A program made the translations under genes and the position numbers. From Catajapyx aquilonaris (lineage: Eukaryota), in the NCBI GenBank assembly GCA_000934665.2, contig JYFJ02003525.1:1-40530 (forward strand): a stretch of DNA of 40,530 nt, written 5' to 3'. This document shows positions 1-14,819 of this stretch, one piece after another. Positions within the stretch are counted from its first letter, which is position 1; each line of letters begins with the position of its first letter. Below the pieces are notes generated by a model. The model was not told where the DNA came from. It saw only the letters and a list, made by a program, of their open reading frames with translations, and did no database searches.

Positions 1-176
1 AGAGTCCTCCTCCTCTGGAATTTGACTTGGTCATCGATGCAGACAAGCGACCACAAGGCGAGCATCGTGGTCGATTCAATCAACCTTCTTGCAATGATAT
101 TGCTGTCATTATGAGTGGTCAGGAGCATGGTAATAAGAGGGATATTGTGTTGAAGCTTCGAGACAACACGGTTCAT
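1..176 (+). mobile_element. Helitron Rep/helicase gene fragment (cut by the window edge)
   Basis: Translation LVIDADKRPQGEHRGRFNQPSCNDIAVIMSGQEHGNKRDIVLKLRD fits the recalled animal Helitron motif VI.AD..P.GEH..RFN.P...EVA.......RDIVL. Similarity stops near 176, before the expected SYDALQYP segment. Confidence 0.75.
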
Positions 177-816
177 CTATGCAATTATGAACGTAATTGG
201 CCATACCATGTGCATGTGCATCAAGTCCAAGAAACACACAATGGATGTCAGATTGTAAGCTACCATGCTGGAGCTTCTACATTCTACATTTACTGCACAA
301 CCTTCAATTTTTCATAACATACTTTTGCTGGATTTTGGAGGTGCATTGTGTATTTTCTTACAATATGACATCCTTAGTGTGTTGCTTGGACTTCATGTAT
401 ACATGCAATGCTCCATGTTACAGGTATGCCGACATTGTATAGCCATAATTATTGCAAAGATTACTACCAAATCAATGGGTCACTCCTATGGAAAAGTATT
501 TCATAACCCGAGCAACGCCGGGTATCCTGCTAGTTTTAAAATAATAGCGTAAGGGCCGCCCTTCGGCAATTGCCTTTTCTGCCTGTAGTGGTAAATCAAG
601 CTCCCTCAAAATTTTGATTGTCTTTATGATCTCGCCCTCATTTCCTATTATTGTATTTGAAAAATATTTATTGCAACTCGTGGCGGCCCCTAGGCCAGTG
701 CGTGCTCTGCCTAATGGGAAATCCAGCCAATTCTGGTATCCCCAAACCTGTGGAAAAACACCTGCAAAAAGGAACGCAGCAAGGAATAGCCATGACATTA
801 TGAACACAAGGGAGCT

Positions 817-822
817 TTTATT
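817..822 (-). terminator. Candidate polyadenylation signal (AATAAA) of Hsp90
   Basis: tttatt on + at 817-822, about 255 nt past the Hsp90 stop; a second copy at 667-672. Confidence 0.5.
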
Positions 823-1076
823 GCAGAAACGAGTGGGCGAACATAACGTGAATCTGCAACAGTTCCGCAGTGGGAGGGGAGCACGTAAAAAAAACTCCTT
901 TGGCTTCAAGTCGCCCAAGCAAGACTCCCCTCCCACCAACAACTTACAAGTGATGTACTATTAGCGAAGAGAAAGTGGGACAGAAAAAAAAAAAATTTGA
1001 TGATGATGATGATTGCTTCAATGGGCTGAATACTGGCAATGGGAATGTGGGGCTAGCTGGAGTTTATATGTGCAGT

Positions 1077-4428
<3,352 letters not shown>

Positions 4429-4451
4429 TCACTCTTCGACGAGTCAGTAGG

Positions 4452-4490
4452 GAATGAAAGGGGGAGGGCCGTTGCCGCGCCCCTTTTATC
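4452..4490 (-). promoter_or_regulatory. Hsp90 core promoter: TATA variant GATAAAAG and Inr-like TCATTC
   Basis: On the minus strand, GATAAAAG (4490-4483) lies about 30-35 nt upstream of TCATTC (4457-4452), which matches the arthropod Inr TCAKTY. It is about 80 nt upstream of the ATG and just downstream of the HSE. Confidence 0.55.
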
Positions 4491-4512
4491 AACAAGGGCC
4501 CGCTCGAGAGGG

Positions 4513-4530
4513 TTCTGGAAGCTTCTGGAA
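4513..4530. promoter_or_regulatory. Heat shock element (4 perfect alternating nGAAn units)
   Basis: TTCtgGAAgcTTCtgGAA; further partial HSE units at about 4712-4780. Confidence 0.85.
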
Positions 4531-5314
4531 GCCCGGCAGGAAACGCGCGCATGCCGACCGGAAGACTATTCCGCACGGACAAAATGGGGGGCACGGCTAC
4601 TATGACAACACCTCTCGGCCAGGGTTGACCCTTTACTATCTTTCTCATACAATGGAGCTAGTGGCAACCTTGGCCGATTTGGATTCTCATAAGTACTGAT
4701 CCGGGCGGATGTTCGTGCGGAATGTTCTTCCGGCGTAGCTTCCACTCCTTTCTGGAAGGTGCTACCAACTTCGGGAATTCACACGTTCGATTCAAGGCGG
4801 CCTTGACCCCATCGGGACTTTGGGAGTGATCGGACTGGTCACTAGTTGGTCACTAGTCAAGTCGAGTGACATTTACGGGTGCCAGGTGCATTAATGGAGG
4901 GGTCAAAGTGCATGCGGATGGCTCCAAGTGGACAATGCTTGGGACAATGAGCCGAGAATCGCCGAAAATAAATATGAAAATATGGACAATGGTGATTCTT
5001 CATATTCAAAATCAGTAGTGATTGCCACAACGGCCATAGCTTAACTTATTTATTGCAGTTATTTACATGCGCATGTTATTAGATAGAGACAACCTTCGCT
5101 GTGAATATTAGGGGGGAGTCGACAGACAATGGACATGGCACAGTAAAACATGCGAGCAGCAGACGTTCGAGAAAAAAAAAATCATTACACCTATTAATTA
5201 TTGGTGCCTCATTATGTTCACTCAAGAAATTATTATTAACTGGCTACCCTTATGTACAGCCAGTACGGCGTATAAGCTGGTATAAGTCCATAGCAGGAAT
5301 GAATAATTTTTATT

Positions 5315-5383
5315 TTACTTGAATTAGCTCTTGTCCATATCTATAATTTAATTATAGATATGGACAAGAGCTAATTCAAGTAA
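5315..5383. repeat. Perfect 69-bp palindrome (34-bp arms, 1-nt spacer) between the divergent Hsp90 and NECAP genes
   Basis: ttacttgaattagctcttgtccatatctataatt-t-aattatagatatggacaagagctaattcaagtaa. Confidence 0.9.
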
Positions 5384-6075
5384 TAATTCACACTGGCTGC
5401 TGTTTATGTGTTCATATAACATTTTTTTATCCAACAACAGTTACTCAGGGACAGGTCATTGCAGGATGTTTATTGCACAATTATGTGTTAACTGGGCATG
5501 TCAAAAGACCATGAATGATCTTGCAGGCTGCAGTTACAGTGTATGTGACTATATGAGGTTTTTCAACAGTTCCTGCTCTCCTCAAAAGAGGCCCAAGGTA
5601 TGCTGCTTTCTGGATTTTTCCAGTCCATACGGTGGTGGTGGTTTCAGGGAAATGCCTGGTTTGTATGGTTCTTGTGCATTGAGCCTTCCAGCCTCAGTCT
5701 CAGGCAGCTAAAATCTCCAGAAATCAATGCAAATACTAGGGTCTCCAATTCCCCTGAGAACAGTCATAAGGAAACAGTAGGATAGTGTGTGTGTGTGCAA
5801 CAATCCAATCGCAGTCAGCACTTCAATTTATTGCAATCCTTTTCTATGCTTTAATTAATGATTTTTTATGATATCAAAGCATGGCATTTATGTGTGGTTG
5901 GCACCCTTGTTGTACCGCATGGTTCGCAGGTAAACGCGCCTCTTTCGGCCGAACGTGGAATCGGATCGTCACTTGATGACGTAGTCCAGTGTAGCCACCC
6001 ACCAGTTCATCTCCCGCGTGTTGCCAACAGAGGGGACGACGAGAGAAGAGAAACAGAAGGTGTAGTCTGTCCAAG

Positions 6076-8920
6076 ATGGAGGCGGAGTACGAGAGTGTGT
6101 TGCTCATCAAGCAGGAGGCCTACGTCTACAAGATACCTCCCAGGGCCACAAACAGGGGGTACAGGTCAGTGCACACGCAGGGGGTGGGTCACGCAATGTG
6201 GGGGGCACTGGGGAGGTCACAATGGATGGCACTGCAAGGGAGGGATTAACCTGTCATGTGAGGTGTGACTCACTTTGTTCTGATGGAACATTGGTTCGTA
6301 TTTCACCATTTTGTGATTGCTTGTAGCTATATCACCAATTTGTAGTTATATCACCAATTTGTAGTTGTAGCCATATCACCAATTTGTAGTTATTTGTAGC
6401 CATATCACCAATTTGTAGTTGTAGCCATATCACCAATTTGAAGCTACAGCATATAACCAATTTATTCAGGGGTAAATCACTCGGCAGTTGAGCATACAAC
6501 GGACTTGTCGGACTTGGTGCATTATACTGTACAACGGACTTGACGAGTGATTTACTCCTTGAATTTATTGTTATTTGTAGCTATATCACCAGTTTGTGTA
6601 GCCATATGACCAATTTGTAGTTATTTTCAGTTATATTGTGAGTTTGTTGTTACAAGTGCTTATTTTCAGGGCTGCGGATTGGAACTTGGGAGGTCCTGAT
6701 TGGACCGGACGGATGAGGCTGGTGGCGAAGGGGAAGGAATGTGTGATGAAGTTGGAGGATAAGACTAATGGGGAACTTTTCGCAAAGTGCCCCATCGAGG
6801 CCTATCCCGGATTGGCCGTTGAGGCTGTCACGGACTCGTCCAGATACTTTGTCATCCGAATCCAGGATGACAATGGTGGGCCTTCAGTAGTTTTGTTTTT
6901 GTTGCGGCTGTGCTAGTTGCGCTTTGTAATTTATGGGAGTATTTTTGATTTCAACATTGCATGCAGCTTATCATGTGTGATATGAAGAAATTAATTAGTG
7001 TTGTGATTGTATAGGAGGAAAAACATCAAGGCTTTAGTTGACATTTCCACTGAAAGCCTGTTGCATGCCCTGGCAGCTGCCCATGTACCAGGAAAGTCAT
7101 TTCCCAGAACCTGGAAAGTATAATGTCAATAGGTCTGTGATGCTACGGCACACATGCAACAGGAGATTCTTGAAAGCTGACAGCCTTCATGTTATACATA
7201 CTCTTGTGTAACTAATACCTATTTTATTGTACATGATAACAGCTAATGTGTCAGGTATTCGTGATTTAAAAATTTTAAAAAATGGCAATCTTATCATTCG
7301 TGATTCCATTGTAATTGTATTCATTATGAACGGTACTATTGATTGGCCTACAAGATTGCATACATCGTACAATACAGCCAATTCAGTCATTTGAAGCAAT
7401 CCTGTTCAATGATAAAGGTATTTTCATGGCATGAAATAATTTGGTGCCTGTTGTCAGGGTTGATTTCCTACATGCCATGGCCTTGCTTGGAACTCATTAA
7501 CTCTTTGTTGCAGTTGCGCAATGGGGTATTTCACCAACTGTTACCATGATTAGTCCTAGCAATCCTAACGTTAATGATTTTGTATTTAATGGATGTGAGA
7601 TATTAAGTGCAGGTGTTGCAGGCTTCAGGAGATTATGTGAACATAAATTTTTGAGAGTAGGTCTTTGTCGCAACCTCAGCAGTATTTGTCTTTGTGGGTC
7701 TTCTAGATCAGTTCATTGACTGGGAAAGTTCAGGAAGAATGAAACTCCGATCCTTTCAAGGACATTATGATAGGCGGATGCTTCCTTATCAGCTCTCGAA
7801 TGATATCATGCGACTGTGGGGTGTGTTTTATGATAATGACATCCATCTGTTATGCAGAATTTTACATATGTCGTTACTGTTCTGCGTAGTAGAGAGGATC
7901 GTTAAGTTAGCAGTAACACTGCGAGAAAGGCATTTAACTGTAGATAACATCAACTCTAACCCTTACACCTGCGATTGGTCACTGGGACTTCCCAAAGGCA
8001 TTGTGAAGGTATTAGGTGTAATGGCTTATTTATTAGTTCGATAAATGTTTCAACATCAACAAGGCTTCAGGCTGGTAGCTACTTACCTGGTCCGTTATTT
8101 CAAGTTGTGCAATTGTAAGCAATGTTCTTGGTTGGGGATATGATTGTGTGTTGCAAGCCAGGGGACACTTAATGAATTATTAAACATTTGCAGGGAGAGC
8201 TGCGTTTATAGGACTTGGATTTGCGGACCGATCGGACAGCTTTGACCTAAATGTAGCCCTCCAGGACCACTTCAAATGGCTAAAGAAGGAGGAGGAAATT
8301 GAAAAGGAGAAGGGTGACCCCAAACCCCAGCTGGACCTAAGCTTCAAGGAGGGCCAGACCATCAAAATCAACATGAAGATCACAGTCAGTGGCCACTTAT
8401 TTGGGGCTCACTTTTCCATACCCCCCTCAATAACCTCTTAACACTGCATAATTAATGGACAGAAAAAGGATGGGTCCGAAGTTGCGGCTAAACCAAAGAG
8501 AGCGGGTGCCTTGAGCGGAGGCATCCTCCCACCGCCGCCTGGTGGGATTAAGATTGCGCCACCACCTGCCTCGACCAAGCTCACACCCACGTCTTCTCCA
8601 ACACACCATCCGCAAGCTAGGGGCGCCAACAGCGGGACAGATCTAATGGGTGAAGGAAGGACAGAAGCAGCAGGTGGAGACCAGTATGGAGAGTTTGCAA
8701 GTGCTAAAGAAGCTGCTTCTAGGTGAGTGGTTTGAATGAGGAGTTGCACAGCCGCAGTTGGCTTAGTATCAGACCACTTTGGACAAACCATTTTCATTTA
8801 ATGAAATTTCACCCTTATGGCATTATGTGCATGTCACGTTCCATGAACCTGTATTCTGTATTAATTTAATGCTTTATCTCTTGCAGTGCTGCCAATAATC
8901 CCAACTGGGTTCAGTTCTAA
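6076..8920 (+). CDS. NECAP: NECAP (adaptin ear-binding coat-associated protein), about 259 aa; exons 6076..6164, 6670..6875, 8194..8384, 8463..8722, 8887..8920
   Basis: PHear-domain motifs [99 protein letters not shown]-terminal WVQF-stop AP-2-binding motif. All junctions GT-AG and in phase (780 nt). Confidence 0.95.
6321..6625 (+). repeat. Minisatellite (about 20-30 nt unit, core tagccatatcaccaatttgtag) in NECAP intron 1, interrupted by a TIR element
   Basis: About 6 copies at 6321-6463 and 2 more at about 6575-6622. Confidence 0.8.
6464..6564. mobile_element. About 100-bp MITE inserted in the minisatellite
   Basis: TIRs attcaggggtaaatcactcg / cgagtgatttactccttgaat; internal direct repeat tacaacggacttg twice. 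Confidence 0.6.
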
Positions 8921-10697
8921 AGACAGAATGACCAACTTCGTCCTTCAAGACAAAACCCCAAAAAATCACCTAAATGCAATGGTAATGTTGACATGGATAT
9001 CCACAATATATTGTTGGAGCTTTTTTGTTAGGTAGATTCCAAAGACAAAGAGGGGATCAGTGTTAAAAAAAAAGAAGTTATATAATAATTATATGAAGTG
9101 AGAGACGTTTAGAAGCATGGGTGTTGTTCCTGCAATATGTCCATGTCAGTGCTCCCAAATAGAAATGAAGGAAGAGAAAAAAATGCGTAAGGGAGGAGCC
9201 ATTGATTGATTGTGTAAATGTAGTCAGTCCATTTTGACTTTGAGATAAACAAGTGGCTGTCGTAAGAGCCTAAAAGCTTGGGGTCCTCCAGTATTAAAAA
9301 ATTTATTATATGCGTAATATTAAGCTATATGATTGTTGGGTTTTGAGTTCAGTACTTATCAGTTTACAAAAAAAGAAGAAGTGAATAATGAAGGACAATA
9401 TGGAAGTACATGATGAAAGCTGGAATGGATGTTGATTGCACAGGCATTGACATGCAAGCAAAACAAGTCAAGTCACCAAAGTCACCTTGTTTGTTGCCTT
9501 ATTTACTACCAGTAAAGATTGTTTGGTTATGTTGCTCTTTATAATTTACAATCTTGTTCTGGATCCAAAGCAAGGGAATCGGGGAAGGCAGTTCTGATAT
9601 ACAATGGTTGAAGCGCAGTGAAGGTGTATAATAAAAAAGAATGCACGTAACTCTGTCGCCATATTTTCAGCCTAAGATGTCCAATTACGAACCAAGTGTT
9701 AGCACAATGTAAATGTGATGGGACATTATTTTTGTCAAAAAAATGGGCCCAGTGATAATAACTGTTTCAAAGGTTTCAAGACCTCTAACTGTACATTCCA
9801 CATCAAATGTCATTTTATTAGCACCTAGTTGTAGCTGGAATAAGGAAACAAATGATAGTAATAAAAAATGGCAATGACAGTTGAGAAATCAAATGGCCTC
9901 CTCTTGTCAACATCAATTGTGATTTGTTTATTGCTGACCTTGTACAGCACATGATAAACGCTATACATTGAGAGCTATCTCCTAACAGGTGGCAAATGCA
10001 CGACATTGTACTTAAAAAGTCTGCCTAACACCCCTGTTTATTTTCAGTTTTCAATCCACCTGATGTCGCATGTGGATTTCATTATTTTCGTGGGAGTAGC
10101 AAATGTTTAGGAAGTGCAGTTATGGCTAGACTTGCATGAACACAGCTAAGTTACCTGTCCCTTCAAGGGACACATTTTTAGAGAGGTTTCAAAGTCACAT
10201 TTAAACATAAAAATAAAAATTGTGTCACCTTGACAAATTAAGTACATAAATACTCAGATTCCAGGTCAATGACTTTTGAAAATCGTTTGGCAAAAAGGGG
10301 GCAGTGTGAGAGTCATCCTCTGCGGGGTTGCGGAAATGCAAACTGTGCATGCCCATGGCTTTAGCAGAGGGTGTCTTCTTTGCCACTGTAATAGATTTGA
10401 GTTAAGAACAGTTTAGAAGCAGTGCAGATTGGCAGTGTGTTTTAAGGGAAATTTGAAGGACATTTTAAAATATCGAAGCGATTCCGAATGGACTTAAAAT
10501 GTAAAAATCAGTCTTTTGTTGCGTCACTAACATGGTGATCCACGATCACTGAGAAAAGTTGTTCTTGAAATACCATCCGTTGTCGTCGTCGACCTGCTGA
10601 GATTCTTTACAAATCAACTTTTGTCATAGAAAGCATATTTTGTCCGGATACTCGTTTTGCAAGCATAGTACAAGATCATTGTTGTCATTCCGTTTTC

Positions 10698-12710
10698 TCA
10701 GAAATTGGCGGTATATCTCTTTGTGCGTAAGGCGCGAGGAGAGATACCCATCTTTATACTTCTCATGGCCATCGCCCTGTTGAAGTGACGCTGGGTTTTG
10801 ATCTCTGGGTATTCCTCCGCACCACTATCCATGGACGACAGGATTACCAATAAAACTCCTAACACCTGTGGGATTTTAAAACAAGGCATTATAAAGTGTC
10901 TTATTAATCAGTTGAAATTTCATGTGCTTTGTTATGTGGTTAAAATGCAACTCACCAGAAACACTATGATGAGCAGAGTGTACTTATGTATAGTCTTATC
11001 AGGAAGAGACTCCATGTCCCTGAGGGCAGCTTTGGCTGGCTGGAAGTCGGGCTTCAGCTCCAGAGCGTGTCTCAGGTGCATCGCAGCCTCTTGATAATGG
11101 CCATAGGCCTTGAGTATTTCTCCCATTGTGAAGTGCTGCTGCCAGTTGTTTTTATCTGGTGCTTGCACTTCTAGGGACCTCCTGGTCAGGAAAATGGCAT
11201 CATCCAGGTACTGTAGGTTTAGAAGAACTCTCGCTAAGTTCAGCAACACCTCTGCGTTGTTTGGCGACACAGAGAGTGCCCGCCGGAAGCACTCGATTGA
11301 TTTCTGGGTGTCACCCTTTATACGCCAGAAGTTGCCTATCTGGTTGTATAGTTGGACTGAGCGTGGCTTCTGCAATATGGATGATATGTGTTAGTAAAGA
11401 GCTATTTTGCAAGGCTAGGGACACTAATAATTGTCATTGAAAGTGCAACAATGTGGAGTACATGCATACTTCATGCTTAGCTTTCTTCAACTTGCGCTCC
11501 AATATGGCCAGATCAACGTCTGGCTTCTTGCTTCCTTTTTTCTTAAAAGTGAGCGCCACCAAGGGCTCAGGTATATGGGGATGGTTGTTGCGGTTTGCAA
11601 CACCAACGAGATGATCATAAAAGGTGAAGTTGGCAGCTTTGCCGCAGTCTAAGGGCTCGTTGTCAACACTGTCTGGCGGCTTTCCATTTTTTTTGCCTTT
11701 TCTGGTACTGTCACTGAAGGAAGACTTGGACTCCTTTTTGGATGAACTGCAAAAGACAATGGGTGGAATTTTCGTCCCACTAATAGTTACTGCTCACTTA
11801 GCAGTACCCGTGCCAATGCTGGTACTGCTAGCAGTAACTAGCAGTGGGATGAAAATTCCACCCAATGTTTAACTGTTGCATGCAGTGAATGTAGGTTTTT
11901 GCCATTGCTTCAGCTAGAGCATGAGCCACTTCTCATGGCCCAAAGTCAAAACCCTGTAACCCTGCCTTTTGTTATTTCAAGATATTCGCATTTGAAGTTT
12001 GTATGTTTCCCTGATTGTATCTGAAAGTGCATGGCTTCAATGTGCCCAAAACTTTTCAAGGGTTGCTCCTACTGCTATAGGCTTTGTACCAGAAGGTGTG
12101 GCTTGCAAAAAGGATTGCAATGGTGCATTCATCTCTATTTACGTGATTTTTGAAGATACATGGGTTTCACTTGGGGCGTCAGACCTCTACCTGCTTTGTT
12201 ATGTCATATGTCAGCAACATGTTTCAAAACCTTCATTGCACTTTTACAAATATGACAACTCAGTGAAGTGTACCATGCATTAATTTGAGTAGTATTTGTG
12301 GTAGTATTTTCACTATTTGGTTGCCTTTGACTTGTGTTTCCAACATTGTCACTCTCTCCCTCCGTAGCTGTTGCTGACCTCTTAAACTGTGTGCACTGCA
12401 CGCAGTACTCGTCATGCGTGTCTGTCTTGGTCCACCTCCTGTCAACCCTCCTGGGTCCCCCCAACCCGACCCCAGAGGCAGTGATGATGCTCATGATGGC
12501 ATCCTCGTATTCCTCCAGCCCCGGCCCCCATGTGCTGCCCCTCCTGGTCGCCCTGCCTCCTCCTCCTCCAGTGGCCGCTGCCACATCGTCCACGTGCACC
12601 ACTTTTCCAGCGTCGTCCACCCTCCAGTGCGTCTTCGAGTTGCTCTGGATGATGCAGAAGGAGAGGATGTACAGCGTGACGTACGGTATGCAGCAAGACT
12701 CCACGCCCAT
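10698..12710 (-). CDS. TTC17-like TPR protein with signal peptide and C-terminal transmembrane helix, about 396 aa; exons complement(12379..12710, 11470..11746, 10956..11369, 10698..10865)
   Basis: Signal peptide followed by KTHWRVDDAGKV (compare TTC17 THWVVTEDGKI); DCGKAANFTFYDHLVGV; TPR helices LYNQIGNFWRIKGDTQKSIECFRRAL, FTMGEILKAYGHYQEAAMHLRHALELKPDF; TM YTLLIIVFLVLGVLLVILSS. Junctions are phase-consistent. An alternative in-phase exon-1 donor exists at 12274. Confidence 0.8.
11760..11864. mobile_element. Hairpin MITE in intron 1 of the TPR gene
   Basis: tgggtggaattttcgtcccact...agtgggatgaaaattccaccca, with internal pairing tagttactgct / agcagtaacta. Confidence 0.7.
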
Positions 12711-13114
12711 CCTGTTCAGTGGCTCACCACCTGTCCGGAGAGGGAGGTCAGTGGGTCAGTCATTTGGGAGTGGCCGGAGGGAGGGAGGGAGAGCCTGACC
12801 CACCTCGAGGTCACCCCTCCCTTTTCCTTCTCGAGTCCTGCAGGTGCTGCAGCTGCTGGGGACAGACGACGACATGAAACTCTGCTCGTTACACTGTTGC
12901 CAGCTGGAGGGAGGGAGAGGTACAGGGTGGCCAGCTGGGAAGGAATCTCTCCTGGGAGCGGGAATTTCGTTTCTGTATTATTTACAACCATACAACATGC
13001 AAAAAGATTGTCATAACTGATTGTCTTCACTAAAAATTTCGATACGCATTTATCACTGTCGGAAACCAAATGTATCATAATATGACCTGAAGGAGCATTA
13101 TGTACTTCACATTT

Positions 13115-13700
13115 TAAGGCCAAAAAAAAAAAATCAATCTAGTTCCAGTCTCACCTGCCGAAATTTTGGATCAAAAAATGGAAAATTCGCGAAAAACCCG
13201 GATTTTATAAGATTTTTTTCCTTATGAAGGTCTTGGACTATTGCAATTCAATTTTAATCCCAGTTATAGGGCACAGCAAGATGACTTTTTTTTTTTTTAC
13301 AGTTCCGGCTCACCAGAGCGATGTAATGAATTAAGGCAATTGATGTTAAAAGTGCATATTTGACCGAGATTTGGTCTAATATGTCAGTGTCCGATAGGTT
13401 GTAGATATATGTACATGAATATTATTTCCCCGGATTCTGTGGTTCAATACCTCCAAGAAAATATATGAATTGATTAGGTGGAGAGTGTTACTTCCGGAGA
13501 TTAAAAAAAAAAATCAGTAATGTGCAACTCAAAAATCGGCTTTTTTTTTTTTAATCGGCCATATCTCGGCGCCACATTGTCCTACGGAGCTGAAACTTCG
13601 GATTATGCAATATGTCCGCCATGTATACCAGGATGAAAAAATTCAAGAAAATCGGAGTTGGTCGAGCCACCACGTTCCCTGAATTGAGGTGGAATGACCC
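13115..13700. mobile_element. Probable non-autonomous DNA-transposon remnant(s)
   Basis: AT-rich with homopolymer runs; starts taaggccaaaaaaa and ends gtggaatgaccc; shares the motif ttcaagaaaatcgg with the long-TIR element at 17184-17782. No paired TIRs were confirmed. Confidence 0.3.
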
Positions 13701-14819
13701 AGCCGTCTAGTTTCTTCAATTATTATTAATTATTGTATATTAGGCCCCTACTCCGCTAGGTCTGGGTAGAGTACCGACGTGGGTAATATTGGTTGTTTAT
13801 TTCTGTCCTTTCATACATGTATAGGTACTCTATTACGACAAGAAAAAAGTGGGTAGGCCTAATAATATTAAGTTATTGGTCAGGGAGACCAGGCTATAGA
13901 CTAAGAGCTACATATTAACTTGGTGTAGTTTCTATAGTCATGCCAGGATAATAATACTCAGTCATGGTGATTAGTGATTTGATTGTATTTGTTACATATT
14001 TTGTGCAGGTACCCCTACCCAGCTACCCTACCCCTATACCGCGTGTGTCGCTACAGAAACATAAAAAAACAAAACAAAATTTTCCGACTTGTTAGATTGT
14101 ACGTACTAACTATCACTGACAATGCCTCAGAATGGAGAGAAACGAGATATATTGATATTTTAGGAATGTACGCTTGCGACGAGGAACTGCGACAGTAGTT
14201 AAGTCTCACACAATTAATCACCAGCCAGCAGTGCTGTGATACGTAGACCTGCGGTACGTAGCGACAATCAATATCAAAGATATACTTATTATATCCATGA
14301 ACAATTATTCCGTAAGGCACGTACCAAGGAGCGATTGGTCCGATTTTATCTCAGAAGGCGCTGGCTTTCTCGTATATCGAAGCACTTAGGGCCAGTAATT
14401 TGCCTGCTACCAGCAGAGCTAATGGACAGTTAAAATGATTTTCTCAGTTTTCTCTATAGCTTTATTGGTGAGCTTTGCAAGCCAAGTAGAAACGGTGAGT
14501 AATACATTGTGTACCAATACTTCGTAATATTGCATGTGTACGTCGGTGTGAACTCGGAGGTGAATTGAAATATTGTGAAGTTAAACTGGTATCAATTGCA
14601 TGAGCTGAGTACATGCTAATAATTGACCCTATTGTTGAATTTCTGTTGGGCATTCTTATCCAATGGAATAAATTGGGCTTCATAAAACTTTCAAGAGTTG
14701 CCAAACATTACTACGCTGTAGCATAATAAATTATGTTACTCTGGGTTGGCATGGACTGGTATGCACAATGACTTCTGAAACATGGCGCCCAAAATGCTAA
14801 TTATCTTCCTAAAAATCAG

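Noticed and set aside
6321..6625. CRISPR-like array
   Set aside because: Head-to-tail degenerate units without unique spacers, in a eukaryotic intron, with no cas genes.
11960..12190. Possible extra exon of the TPR gene
   Set aside because: All three minus frames hit stops, and the flanking exons join in phase without it.
12334..13016. 154-aa and 200-aa plus-strand ORFs
   Set aside because: Antisense to the GC-rich first exon and 5' UTR of the TPR gene.
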